Shown here: positions 1-8,706 of the stretch, in pieces
Layout: each line of letters opens with the position of its first letter
How positions within the stretch are numbered: position 1 is the first letter of the stretch
Source: a virus
Strand: one strand, 5' to 3'
Length of the DNA: 52,993 nucleotides
Virus record (IMG/VR): IMGVR_UViG_3300045988_151594
Made by a program: the position numbers and the translations under genes
The notes under the pieces: generated by a model
Databases searched by the model: none
What the model saw: only the letters and a program-made list of their open reading frames with translations
What the model was told of the DNA's origin: nothing

Positions 1-119
1 AGTGATGCTACTAATAAGCATGATCATGATAAAGACAAGCCTAGTCAATCACCGGATATATGGAATAATAGTAAATTATCAGAAAAACAAATAAGCAGAT
101 TATATGCAATAGCTTATAG
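1..119. repeat. Terminal direct repeat, 119 nt identical to 52875..52993 (circular or permuted molecule, or assembly overlap)
   Basis: Read directly: 'agtgatgctactaataagcatgatcatgat...tatgcaatagcttatag' is present at both window ends, in the same codon phase. Confidence 0.95.
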
Positions 120-252
120 TAAAGGGATAGATAAGGATACGGTTAAAAAGCATGTATTTAAAAAATTTACTAAAGATGTAGTTAATATGACTAAAGACGA
201 GTATGATTTCATGTGTTCTGGATATGAAAATATGCAACAAGTTGCAAACTAG
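1..252 (+). CDS. erf: ERF-family single-strand annealing recombinase, C-terminal part (continues 52503..52993 across the junction)
   Basis: Frame 1 is open from base 1 ('SDATNKHDHDKDKPSQSP...ENMQQVAN') to TAG 250-252. It is in phase with the ORF that runs off the window end. Confidence 0.85.
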   Translation, partial: SDATNKHDHDKDKPSQSPDIWNNSKLSEKQISRLYAIAYSKGIDKDTVKKHVFKKFTKDVVNMTKDEYDFMCSGYENMQQVAN

Positions 253-303
253 GAGGGATTAATTTCCCTTCTGCTATCAAAAGAGAAATGAGGTGGGTAT
301 TAA

Positions 304-1281
304 GTGGCAAAAAGAAAAGGAATATCTAAATCAACTAGATTTGAAGTATTTAAAAGAGATAGTTTTACTTGTCAATATTGTGGGAAAAGTGCACCAGATG
401 TTGTATTAGAAGTGGACCATATAAATCCAGTTTCAAAAGGTGGAGATGATGATATATCTAATTTAATCACAGCTTGCTTTGATTGTAATAGAGGTAAAAG
501 TGATAAAAAACTTACTGAAAATCAAGTCATAAAAAAGCAAAAGGAAGAATTAGACAAGTTAAATCAAAGAAGAGAACAATTAGAAATGATTGCTCAATGG
601 AGAACAGAATTATTGGATTTGGAAAATAAAGAAGCTGATAAAATTATGGAATTAGTTAGTGACTCTTTAGGATTAAATTCAAGATTAACAGACTATGGAA
701 GAACTAAAATGAAAAAACTTATTAAAAAATATGGATTTGATGAAGTGCTGGAAAGTTCAATTATAGCCTATGAACAATATGATATTAACACGGCTTTTAA
801 TAAAATAGAGCCTATTATAAAAAACAAGAAAATGCAACAAGAGCATCCGGAAATGAAAGATTTGTTTTATATAAGAGCAATAGTTAAAAATAAATTTTCT
901 TACTATGACTTAAATACAGCAATTATGTTATTAAAAAAATGCTATAAATTAGGGGCAACAATAGACTCATTAAAAGATTTTACAAAGAGATGTGAAAACT
1001 GGACCCAATGGAAAGATGGACTCAATCAATTTATAGAAGAAAGTGAAGACAGTGGAGTTGACATTATTTCAATATGCAAAAGAAACAATATAAATCCTAA
1101 TGATATAGAAGATATTATCGAAAAAGTGGGCGAATTATATTATGCGTTAATGGATGAATTGATAGAAAAATCAGATTTTTTAGGAGAACGCGAATACAGT
1201 AAAATAGCAAAATATATACAAGAAAATATTAATGGTTATATACAAGTAGATACAGATTTTAATAGCAAAATGAAGGAGTGA
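304..1281 (+). CDS. HNH endonuclease-domain protein with a long C-terminal extension
   Basis: N-terminus 'CQYCGKSAPDVVLEVDHINPVSKGGDDDISNLITACFDCNRGKSDK' is a classical HNH/HNHc motif. GTG start 8 nt after 'gaggtgg'. Confidence 0.85.
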   Translation: MAKRKGISKSTRFEVFKRDSFTCQYCGKSAPDVVLEVDHINPVSKGGDDDISNLITACFDCNRGKSDKKLTENQVIKKQKEELDKLNQRREQLEMIAQWRTELLDLENKEADKIMELVSDSLGLNSRLTDYGRTKMKKLIKKYGFDEVLESSIIAYEQYDINTAFNKIEPIIKNKKMQQEHPEMKDLFYIRAIVKNKFSYYDLNTAIMLLKKCYKLGATIDSLKDFTKRCENWTQWKDGLNQFIEESEDSGVDIISICKRNNINPNDIEDIIEKVGELYYALMDELIEKSDFLGEREYSKIAKYIQENINGYIQVDTDFNSKMKE

Positions 1282-1285
1282 TAAT

Positions 1286-2089
1286 ATGGCTAAATATAGA
1301 GCAATACAAACAGATTTCTGGGAAGATGGATTTGTATTAGACTTAACTCCGGAAGAAAAATATTTTTATCTTTATATATTAAGCAATCCTAGAACTACTC
1401 AATGTGGATGTCATGAGTTACCTTATAAAGTTATAGAAATGCAAACTGGATATAACAGAGAAACAGTTGAAAAGCTATTACAAAGATTTGTTGACTATGG
1501 AAAAATTGAATATTCACCTGATACAAAAGAAATTCTCATAAAGAATTGGCATAAATTTAATTTTACTAAATCTCCAAAGGTTATGAACTGCATACTAAAA
1601 GAAATTTCAGAAATTAAAAATCCAGACTTTAAAAAATATATGATAGATGTTTGTATAGGGTATGGATACCCTATGGATAGTCTATATATAGACTTGGGGG
1701 AAAAAGAAAAACAAAAAGAAAAACAAAAAGAAAAACAACAACAACAAGCAAAAAATACCGTATCACCTGTTGTTGTTGATAAAATAAAGTCTTATTTCGA
1801 TTTGAAAAATGAAGATATACAAACTATATATGAAGCTCTTATAAGTGCAGATAAAGATGTTTCATATTTAGATGAAAAACTTCAAATTACTAAAAGTTCA
1901 AATGTAAAAAATGTTACTGGTTTTATTATTAAAGCAATTAAGGATAATTATACATTAAACAATAAAACTAACAATATTCAATTTAAACCGACTAAATTTC
2001 ATTATAATGCTGGGAATGAAAACTTTAGACAATATGATCCTGACGAACTAGAAACACTTCTAAAAGAAAGTCAAAAGGGAAAATTTTAA
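1286..2089 (+). CDS. Phage replisome organiser (DnaD-like N-terminal domain)
   Basis: 'MAKYRAIQTDFWEDGFVLDLTPEEKYFYLYILSNPRTTQCGCHELPYKVIEMQTGYNRETVEKLL' matches the replisome-organiser N-terminal signature. It follows the recombinase. Confidence 0.75.
   Translation: MAKYRAIQTDFWEDGFVLDLTPEEKYFYLYILSNPRTTQCGCHELPYKVIEMQTGYNRETVEKLLQRFVDYGKIEYSPDTKEILIKNWHKFNFTKSPKVMNCILKEISEIKNPDFKKYMIDVCIGYGYPMDSLYIDLGEKEKQKEKQKEKQQQQAKNTVSPVVVDKIKSYFDLKNEDIQTIYEALISADKDVSYLDEKLQITKSSNVKNVTGFIIKAIKDNYTLNNKTNNIQFKPTKFHYNAGNENFRQYDPDELETLLKESQKGKF
1706..1741 (+). repeat. 3 x 12-nt tandem repeat 'gaaaaacaaaaa' inside the replisome-organiser gene, coding (EKQK)n
   Basis: Read directly. It encodes the 'EKEKQKEKQKEKQQQQ' linker between the two domains. 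Confidence 0.9.
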
Positions 2090-2126
2090 TCCAGGGGATT
2101 TCCCCTGGTCCATAGGGGGAGTAATT

Positions 2127-2624
2127 ATGAAATATAAATATATGCCAGTAAAGAAATACCATTCTAAATATACAGATCCAAACGATAATACATCACTTAA
2201 CTATTTAGCACTTGCAGCAGCAATACTAGACCCAAACCCAAAGAAAGACTCAAGAAATTACATGCTACCAGAGTTATTTAATCCGGATGAAGCAGAAGAA
2301 AGAATAAGAGAAATTGACAATATAAGAGCAACTGGAGGAATAACAGAAGCAGAAATGATTGCCATTAATGAAGAAAATGCTAATTATGATATAAAAGTCA
2401 GAAAAGAATTAGAGGCAATTAAAAAAAGAAGAGTTTTCAAGAGAAGACAAATTAGAGTAATTAACAAGTATGCAGGAGAAGAGAGAATATTTTCTTCTAT
2501 GAAGGAAGCTTGTGAAGAATACGATTTAAATTACAACAGTGTACAAAATACGTATAAATATTATCAAAAGAGATACGGAGCAAACAAAATTAAATATCAT
2601 GGATTAATCATAGAGAAGATGTAG
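2127..2624 (+). CDS. Hypothetical early protein with a C-terminal NUMOD1/IENR1-like DNA-binding motif
   Basis: 165-aa ORF with RBS 'aggggga'. The C-terminus 'IRVINKYAGEERIFSSMKEACEEYDLNYNSVQN' resembles homing-endonuclease-associated HTH modules. Confidence 0.5.
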   Translation: MKYKYMPVKKYHSKYTDPNDNTSLNYLALAAAILDPNPKKDSRNYMLPELFNPDEAEERIREIDNIRATGGITEAEMIAINEENANYDIKVRKELEAIKKRRVFKRRQIRVINKYAGEERIFSSMKEACEEYDLNYNSVQNTYKYYQKRYGANKIKYHGLIIEKM

Positions 2625-2637
2625 AGGGGGAACAAAT

Positions 2638-3612
2638 ATGATTATCGATAAAAATATTGTTAAATTGTTTGAAAAGGCTCAAAAGGGAGATAGAGGGGCT
2701 GTAACAAGCATTGTTGAGGATAATATAGGGCTTGTATATAAGCAAGCAAAGAAATTCAAAGGTAAAGCAATAAGTTACGATGATGCAATTCAAGTTGGAA
2801 GTCTAGAATTATTATATTCCATACAAAATTATGACCCAGAACTAGGAATAAAATTTTCAACTTATGCAACAAGCAATATAATAGGTAAAATAATGCATAC
2901 TATAAGAGATCATAGAGAAGATGTACCATTCAGAATTCCAAGAAAAAATTTTAACGAATATAGACAAATCAAGCAAATTAGAAAAGAATTCGAAAAAATG
3001 CAAAGGGAACCTACTCTAAAAGAACTATCAGAAATTATGGGAATAACAATTGAAGAAGTTGTCAAGACATTACATCTTATGGAGGGTAAACTTCCCATGG
3101 ACAGCACAATGAAAGCATCTAAACATAAAACAAAGGCTGTAAAATTTTCAGAAACATTAGAAAGCAACAACATATCAGAGGACCAAATAATTTTCAAAAT
3201 AGACATCCTTAATGCTATTAAGAAGCTACCAGAAAGGGAAAAATTAGTAATAATAAAAAGATTCTACGAAGAAAAAAGTCAGTCAGAGATTGGAAAAGAA
3301 TTACAAACAAGTCAAGCACAAATTCACAGAATAGAAAAAATAGCACTGAAAAATCTAAAAGATATTTTGAACGGAAAGAATATAGAAATATTGGACTTGG
3401 ACAAGCCAGTAGCTAGAAAATACAAATATATAGATATGGCTACAACAGATTTAAGTTGTCTTACGGAGCGACAAAAGAAGTGTGTTGACTTAGTATTTGG
3501 TGAAGGACTAACACAAGCTGAGGCAGGCAAAATATTAGGTGTGAGTAAACACAATGTATATGCAGCAATAACAGAAGTAATGAAGAAGTTAGAGAAAAAG
3601 AAAATTAGTTAA
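2638..3612 (+). CDS. Sigma-70 family sigma factor (sporulation SigF/SigG-like) with an extra C-terminal region-4-like HTH
   Basis: Region 2 'FSTYATSNIIGKIMHTIRDH'. Region 4 'LPEREKLVIIKRFYEEKSQSEIGKELQTSQAQIHRIEKIALKNLK'. Second HTH 'LTERQKKCVDLVFGEGLTQAEAGKILGVSKHNVYAAI'. Confidence 0.85.
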   Translation: MIIDKNIVKLFEKAQKGDRGAVTSIVEDNIGLVYKQAKKFKGKAISYDDAIQVGSLELLYSIQNYDPELGIKFSTYATSNIIGKIMHTIRDHREDVPFRIPRKNFNEYRQIKQIRKEFEKMQREPTLKELSEIMGITIEEVVKTLHLMEGKLPMDSTMKASKHKTKAVKFSETLESNNISEDQIIFKIDILNAIKKLPEREKLVIIKRFYEEKSQSEIGKELQTSQAQIHRIEKIALKNLKDILNGKNIEILDLDKPVARKYKYIDMATTDLSCLTERQKKCVDLVFGEGLTQAEAGKILGVSKHNVYAAITEVMKKLEKKKIS

Positions 3613-3626
3613 GGGGATGAAAACTA

Positions 3627-3809
3627 ATGAAAAATGTTGTTGGTGCTAAAGAAAATGTGTGCCCTCATTGCCAAGGCACAATGCTATACATAAAAATCAA
3701 TAAAACTAAGGTTATTAGCCAATGTAAATGTGGATGCACTATAGATGGAAGAGCAAAAGATGAAGTTAGAGTATGGAGTTATGATCCAATAACAGAAGAG
3801 GTGAAGTAA
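3627..3809 (+). CDS. Small Cys-rich (zinc-ribbon-like) protein
   Basis: 60 aa with 'CPHCQG' and 'CKCGC'. RBS 'aagggga'. Tightly packed after the sigma gene. Confidence 0.55.
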   Translation: MKNVVGAKENVCPHCQGTMLYIKINKTKVISQCKCGCTIDGRAKDEVRVWSYDPITEEVK

Positions 3810-3973
3810 TGAAATTAACAGGATTACAAATAAGAAATATGCAAATGCTACAGGACCTAGAAAAAATGATAAAAGAACTTGAGATAAAAAGGATAGAGCA
3901 TGATTTATTAAATAAAAACAAATATGCTGAACTATATAAGGTTTATCATAGATTGTTAGAGGGGATTAGATGA
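3809..3973 (+). CDS. Hypothetical small protein (54 aa)
   Basis: The ATG overlaps the upstream stop (taATG). 'MKLTGLQIRNMQMLQDLEKMIKELEIKRIEHD...'. Below the ORF-track size cutoff. Confidence 0.4.
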   Translation: MKLTGLQIRNMQMLQDLEKMIKELEIKRIEHDLLNKNKYAELYKVYHRLLEGIR

Positions 3974-4089
3974 AAGAGGTTATAAAGTTTGCTAAATTCT
4001 ACTATGAGCTAGGCTATAGCTTAAATGAAGCGATAACTATGGCTATTAATATAGCTAGAGAAGTGGAGATGAGTAAATATGAAAGGTGA
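3970..4089 (+). CDS. Hypothetical small protein (39 aa)
   Basis: ATGA overlap with the previous ORF. 'MKEVIKFAKFYYELGYSLNEAITMAINIAREVEMSKYER'. Confidence 0.35.
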   Translation: MKEVIKFAKFYYELGYSLNEAITMAINIAREVEMSKYER

Positions 4090-4435
4090 AGATTTAGAAC
4101 AAGCAACTTTAATACAATGGTGCAATTTACAGTCTTGTAAATATGAAGAATTAAAATGGATTTATGCAATTCCTAATGGTGGTTATAGAAATAAAGCAGA
4201 AGCAAAAAAATTAAAAGCTACCGGAACAAAACGTGGATGCCCAGACCTTTGCTTACCAGTTGCTAAAAATGGAAAACATGGCTTGTATATTGAGATGAAA
4301 TATGGAAAGAATAAATGCACTATAGAACAAGTTAAATGGCTAGATTGGTTATATAAGCAGGGATATATGTGTAAGGTTTGCTGGAGTGCAGATGAAGCAA
4401 TAGCAGTAATAAAAGAGTACTTGGGGATTAAATAA
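4079..4435 (+). CDS. VRR-NUC domain nuclease (PD-(D/E)xK)
   Basis: 'GCPDLCLPVAKNGKHGLYIEMKYGKNKCTIEQVKWLDWL' gives D...E-x-K catalytic spacing typical of VRR-NUC. Confidence 0.75.
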   Translation: MKGEDLEQATLIQWCNLQSCKYEELKWIYAIPNGGYRNKAEAKKLKATGTKRGCPDLCLPVAKNGKHGLYIEMKYGKNKCTIEQVKWLDWLYKQGYMCKVCWSADEAIAVIKEYLGIK

Positions 4436-4448
4436 TAGGGGTGATGTG

Positions 4449-5231
4449 ATGTTATATTTATATGATCCAAGATATAACTTAAAAACTGAAACCACTTATG
4501 AAAAAATGTGCCGATTATTTGTCAAAACAAAAGGAACATTACAAAGCTACAAATCAAAGAATAGAAAAGTTAACAAGAGATATTACATCATAGATGAAAA
4601 TACAAGTAAAAAACAACTTAAAGAATTTTATTCAAAAGAGATTTTCAAAGATGAGATATGGAAGACAATAGAAGGTTCAGAAGGACAATTCATAATAAGC
4701 AACTATGGAAGATTTAAAAAAATATATAAAAGCATACCAGAAGGTAAGTTTTTATTACCATACTTTGTACATAAAAGAAGATGCAATAAGGACAAACAAT
4801 TCATAAAAGTTAAATTTCAAGGCGAATACAAGGAATACAATGTAGCAAGGTTAGTAGCATATCACTTTGTTGATATATATTACACAAACGATAAAGTTAT
4901 AAGAAAATCAAAAGATAGAAAATATAAAGCTTATACCTATGATGATGTAATGGCTTTTCACAAAAATGGATTAGTTTATGATAATTATGCTGGTAATTTA
5001 GAATGGTTAGACAGATATGATTTAGCAGCCAAGATAGCTCATAAGAGTAAAACAAAAGGAACTATAGTAGCCAAAGATGCAATTACTGGAGAAGTTATAG
5101 GATTCTTTAGAAGCACAAGAGATGCAGAAAAACATTTATATGTAAGTAGACAAGCAGTATCAGATAGTCTTAACAAGAAATGGAAAACAAATATAGTAGC
5201 GGGAACATATATATTTGAGTATGATGAATAA
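4449..5231 (+). CDS. Free-standing HNH_3/NUMOD4-type homing endonuclease-like protein
   Basis: 'EIWKTIEGSEGQFIISNYGRFKK' (NUMOD4-like). 'FHKNGLVYDNYAGNLEWLD' (HNH_3-like). C-terminal 'IVAKDAITGEVIGFFRSTRDAEKHLYVSRQAVSDSL' (IENR1-like). The track start at 4446 is a GTG. Confidence 0.7.
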   Translation: MLYLYDPRYNLKTETTYEKMCRLFVKTKGTLQSYKSKNRKVNKRYYIIDENTSKKQLKEFYSKEIFKDEIWKTIEGSEGQFIISNYGRFKKIYKSIPEGKFLLPYFVHKRRCNKDKQFIKVKFQGEYKEYNVARLVAYHFVDIYYTNDKVIRKSKDRKYKAYTYDDVMAFHKNGLVYDNYAGNLEWLDRYDLAAKIAHKSKTKGTIVAKDAITGEVIGFFRSTRDAEKHLYVSRQAVSDSLNKKWKTNIVAGTYIFEYDE

Positions 5232-5312
5232 CAATTAAATAGGGGATTATGCAATACCAGTGTAGTTCCCTATTCTTATTTGACTATCAAATGAAAATAG
5301 GGAGGTGATATT

Positions 5313-5429
5313 ATGCTAGACGAGTTAAAAGAAATACTTAGTAGTTTATATTGCCAACTAGGATTGACCAGTGAAGTAGTAAGACTGTCACAAGTAATAG
5401 ATGAACTAATTATGAAGGAATACAAATAG
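5313..5429 (+). CDS. Spo0E-like aspartyl-phosphate phosphatase family peptide (38 aa)
   Basis: RBS 'gggaggtga' then ATG. 'MLDELKEILSSLYCQLGLTSEVVRLSQVIDELIMKEYK' carries the Spo0E-family 'SQxxDxLI' signature. Not in the ORF track (under 60 aa). Confidence 0.6.
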   Translation: MLDELKEILSSLYCQLGLTSEVVRLSQVIDELIMKEYK

Positions 5430-5441
5430 GAGGCCTTAGAA

Positions 5442-5663
5442 TTGAATATAGGGGATAGAGTAGAAGTAATAACAGTTAAAAATTTATATAATGAACATAT
5501 CCAAGTTGGGGACACAGGTACAATTATAAAATTCAAAGATATGTTAGGTACTACTTTTATAGGAGTGGAATTTGATAGAGATATCATGGGACATAATTGT
5601 GATGGAGTAGGAGCAAATGGGAGATGTGCAATACTAAAGAAAAACCATATAAGAAAAATATAA
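5442..5663 (+). CDS. Hypothetical protein (73 aa)
   Basis: TTG start 8 nt after 'aggagg'. No motif recognised. Confidence 0.5.
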   Translation: MNIGDRVEVITVKNLYNEHIQVGDTGTIIKFKDMLGTTFIGVEFDRDIMGHNCDGVGANGRCAILKKNHIRKI

Positions 5664-5676
5664 GGGGGAAATTTAG

Positions 5677-6042
5677 ATGCTATTAAATAGAAAATATATA
5701 AATGACCTTACAAGAGAATTAGAGAGAGCACAAGGCGTAAATGAACATTTACACAAAATGATTGATTTCTTAAAGAACAGAAATAGTAAGTTAAAAGAGG
5801 ATATAGAAGTTAAAGAGGACTCAATAGAAAATTTACTAGATGCTAATAAGGAACTAAGCCTAGCAAATACTTATTTAGAAAAACAAAATAGATTGTTTAC
5901 AAATGAAAATGCAAAGTTGGAAAGGGAATTGAACCAGTTAAAAACTAAACACAGTAGAGTCGCTGGACAATTGGACAAGTTAAGAAATTACTGCAGACAG
6001 TTAACAGGCATAGATATATTAGGAACAGGGGAGGATGAATAA
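5677..6042 (+). CDS. Hypothetical coiled-coil protein
   Basis: 121 aa, heptad-rich (LKEDIEVKEDSIENLLDANKELSLANTYLEKQNRL). RBS 'aaggggga'. Confidence 0.6.
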   Translation: MLLNRKYINDLTRELERAQGVNEHLHKMIDFLKNRNSKLKEDIEVKEDSIENLLDANKELSLANTYLEKQNRLFTNENAKLERELNQLKTKHSRVAGQLDKLRNYCRQLTGIDILGTGEDE

Positions 6043-6805
6043 TATGTTAAAAGTTGAAAATGTAGAAGTGTATGGATTTGAGGCAGCAATAAGAGGAGCA
6101 AGAAATCCTATGAATAGTTGGAATAGAATGGATAGTGAGTTTTATATAACGAAATTAAGAAATAATTGTAAAATAGGACCAAATGATTATAAAATGCTTA
6201 AAAATTTAACATTAGCTGGTCCAGAGCATAGAAAGTGGAATAGAATGGTGACAGTAACAATGGATATAACAGCGCCAATGTATTGGTTTAGTGAATATGA
6301 CACATACAAAATAGCAACTACAGCTAACTCTACATCAAAAATGCATAAGATGTTAGCAAAACCTTTTGAAATGTCAGATTTTAGCTTTGACCGTTTAATA
6401 GGATATAATGAAAGCAATATAAGTATGAGAGAATTAGGCAGAAAATATGGTGTATCACATACATGTATTAGTGGAATAGTTAACGACAAATATAAATATG
6501 CTGACAAAGTAAATATATATAAAGAGGTAGCAAGACCGATAGTTGATACACTGAATGAATTGAGAGATATGTGGTTTAATTGTGATGATGAAGTAATTAA
6601 AAAACAAATATGGTACAATATACTGCAATTATTACCTGACAGCTACAATCAAAAAAGAACAGTACACCTTAACTATGAGACTTTAGGGACTATGTACAGA
6701 CAAAGAAGACACCATAAGTTAGATGAATGGCACGTATTTTGTGACACTTTAGAAAAATTACCTTATTCAGAATTTATAACTATGAAATTTGAGGAGGTAG
6801 AATAA
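6035..6805 (+). CDS. ThyX-fold-like (thymidylate-synthase-complementing-like) protein with an embedded HTH-like segment
   Basis: 'AAIRGARNPMNSWNRMDS' and 'APMYWFSEYDTYK' resemble phage ThyX-like proteins, but no RHRxxS motif was seen. The central 'ISMRELGRKYGVSHTCISGIV' looks like an HTH. Confidence 0.4.
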   Translation: MNNMLKVENVEVYGFEAAIRGARNPMNSWNRMDSEFYITKLRNNCKIGPNDYKMLKNLTLAGPEHRKWNRMVTVTMDITAPMYWFSEYDTYKIATTANSTSKMHKMLAKPFEMSDFSFDRLIGYNESNISMRELGRKYGVSHTCISGIVNDKYKYADKVNIYKEVARPIVDTLNELRDMWFNCDDEVIKKQIWYNILQLLPDSYNQKRTVHLNYETLGTMYRQRRHHKLDEWHVFCDTLEKLPYSEFITMKFEEVE

Positions 6806-6993
6806 TGAGAGCAAAAAGAAAGACTTGTAAAGAGAGAGAACTAGTCAACATGATAAACAAGAGATTTAAAGTGTTTTGTAATGAGTCTTATGATCTAGAT
6901 GGAACAGGTTGCATGAATTGTGATTTAGATTTTGCTTCAGAGGAAAGTTGTGAAATACAATATATAAAAATGCTAATGGGGAAGGATGAATAG
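6805..6993 (+). CDS. Hypothetical small Cys-containing protein
   Basis: 62-aa ORF whose start overlaps the upstream stop. Confidence 0.5.
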   Translation: MRAKRKTCKERELVNMINKRFKVFCNESYDLDGTGCMNCDLDFASEESCEIQYIKMLMGKDE

Positions 6994-7293
6994 ATGAATA
7001 TAGAAGAAATTAATGGAGCAATAAGAACAATAGCAGATAATTTTAAGAATCCATCGCAACAACTTAAGTTAATTGAAGAACTGGGAGAATTATCAAGAGA
7101 ATTATCTAAAGATATAGCAGTAGGTAGAAATATATCTACTGCTACAATATCAGAGATAGTTGATGTAGTTATACTAATTGAACAAATATTATATTTAGCG
7201 GAAGAAGAAGCAGCAGAATTAGCAAGAGAACAACTAGAATATAAACTTCAAAGAACATTAAGAAGAATTGAGAAGGGATATTATGAAAAATAA
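6994..7293 (+). CDS. MazG-like nucleotide pyrophosphohydrolase
   Basis: 'LIEELGELSRELSKD...SEIVDVVILIEQILYL' gives the EExxE...ExxD pattern of all-alpha NTP-PPases. Confidence 0.55.
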   Translation: MNIEEINGAIRTIADNFKNPSQQLKLIEELGELSRELSKDIAVGRNISTATISEIVDVVILIEQILYLAEEEAAELAREQLEYKLQRTLRRIEKGYYEK

Positions 7294-7486
7294 AGTTGAA
7301 ACAATAAATATTAATTTAAGAACAGATTACGCTTATGCACTAGCGTCATTTCTAGGTGTGCAAGGTATAGAAGATACAAAATATATTATCGACAAGTACA
7401 ATTTAAATATGAATAAAAATGAAATGGAAGATGTATTACAACATTTATTTAACCAATTATGCTGTGAATTAGAATTAGAAATGTAA
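7283..7486 (+). CDS. Hypothetical protein
   Basis: ATG after 'gagaaggga'. The track start at 7268 is a TTG. Confidence 0.5.
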   Translation: MKNKVETININLRTDYAYALASFLGVQGIEDTKYIIDKYNLNMNKNEMEDVLQHLFNQLCCELELEM

Positions 7487-7521
7487 ATAAAATTTTAGTT
7501 TTATTAGGAGGGATATAATTT

Positions 7522-8178
7522 ATGAATATGAGTGATTGGGCTAAGAAAGAAGTTGAAATATTTACTGAGAAAAACGAAGATGAATGTGGATTTAACTACG
7601 TTGGCGAGTGTGCCAAAAGTGCATTAAAGGCTTTTGAAAGTTTAATGAATGATGGTCATAGCGGAATGTCCATAGGAATAACAAAAAATATACTCAATAA
7701 ATTAATTGACGGCATAGCATTAACTCCTATAGAAGATACACCTGATGTTTGGGGGATGCCAAGTAAACTAAATGATGACAATAAAATAATATATCAATGC
7801 AAAAGGATGTCGTCTTTATTCAAAAAAATTTATGATGATGGAACTGTTAAATATTCAGATGTTGGAAGATGTGTAGGTATACCACTAAATAATCCAGTGT
7901 GCGCCTATACAAGTGGCAGAATATATGAGATAGTTGATGAATTTTTTCCAATAACAATGCCATACTCACCTAAAGGAAAAAGATATGAAGTTTACACAGA
8001 TGATTTTTTATATGACCAAGATAATGGCGACTTCGATTGTGAAGCATTCTACTATATGATAACACCTGAAGGTGACAAGGTTGAATTGAATAGATTTTAT
8101 CATTACCCAAAGCATGGTAATACAATTAAATTAACAAAAGAAGAATATGAAAATATGAAAGCCAAACAAGTAAAATAA
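7522..8178 (+). CDS. Hypothetical protein (218 aa)
   Basis: Long ORF with RBS 'aggaggga'. No motif recognised. Confidence 0.6.
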   Translation: MNMSDWAKKEVEIFTEKNEDECGFNYVGECAKSALKAFESLMNDGHSGMSIGITKNILNKLIDGIALTPIEDTPDVWGMPSKLNDDNKIIYQCKRMSSLFKKIYDDGTVKYSDVGRCVGIPLNNPVCAYTSGRIYEIVDEFFPITMPYSPKGKRYEVYTDDFLYDQDNGDFDCEAFYYMITPEGDKVELNRFYHYPKHGNTIKLTKEEYENMKAKQVK

Positions 8179-8192
8179 GGAGTTGAGGGAGT

Positions 8193-8687
8193 ATGAAGAA
8201 AGAGGAATTTGACAAGCTATACAAAAGAGTTGAAGGCAAGTTATTTTCCTACAATAAAATAAAAGATGACATAGAGATAATAGACTTAGAAATAGCAAAA
8301 GTAAATAATGATTATGTAGGATGTAGTGGAATAAATTATGACTCAGAGAAAACAGGCAAAACATATAATATTTCAAATACAGTAGAACAGGAAGTAATAA
8401 GAAAAGAAGAAAGAATTAATTATTTACAATACAGAAAAAAAGAATTAGAGATAGAAAAAAACAGAATAGATATCGCAATTAAGAATTTTACATTACAACA
8501 AAAGGAGTTGTTTGAAATATTATATTGTAGTAGAAGAGTTAGAGCAAGCAGAAGAGAAATATTAGAAAAAATGCATATAAGTAAAAGTACATATTACCAA
8601 TTAAGAAGAGATACAGTAATAAGTGCATTAAATAGTATGTATCCAAGAGTGCTTATAGATGAAATATATACAAAGCTAGCAAATTAA
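8193..8687 (+). CDS. RinA/ArpU-family late-gene transcriptional activator (sigma region-4-like)
   Basis: It is the last early gene before the packaging module. The C-terminus 'LTLQQKELFEILYCSRRVRASRREILEKMHISKSTYYQLRRDTVISAL' is typical of RinA/ArpU activators. Confidence 0.7.
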   Translation: MKKEEFDKLYKRVEGKLFSYNKIKDDIEIIDLEIAKVNNDYVGCSGINYDSEKTGKTYNISNTVEQEVIRKEERINYLQYRKKELEIEKNRIDIAIKNFTLQQKELFEILYCSRRVRASRREILEKMHISKSTYYQLRRDTVISALNSMYPRVLIDEIYTKLAN

Positions 8688-8706
8688 GATATAGACTTGA
8701 TTAGAG

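Noticed and set aside
1706-1741. The 12-nt tandem repeats in the replisome-organiser gene as possible origin iterons.
   Set aside because: They are pure A/G low-complexity sequence, in-frame, encoding an EKQK linker. No flanking AT-rich unwinding element or additional spaced copies were seen. An ori function cannot be supported from sequence alone.
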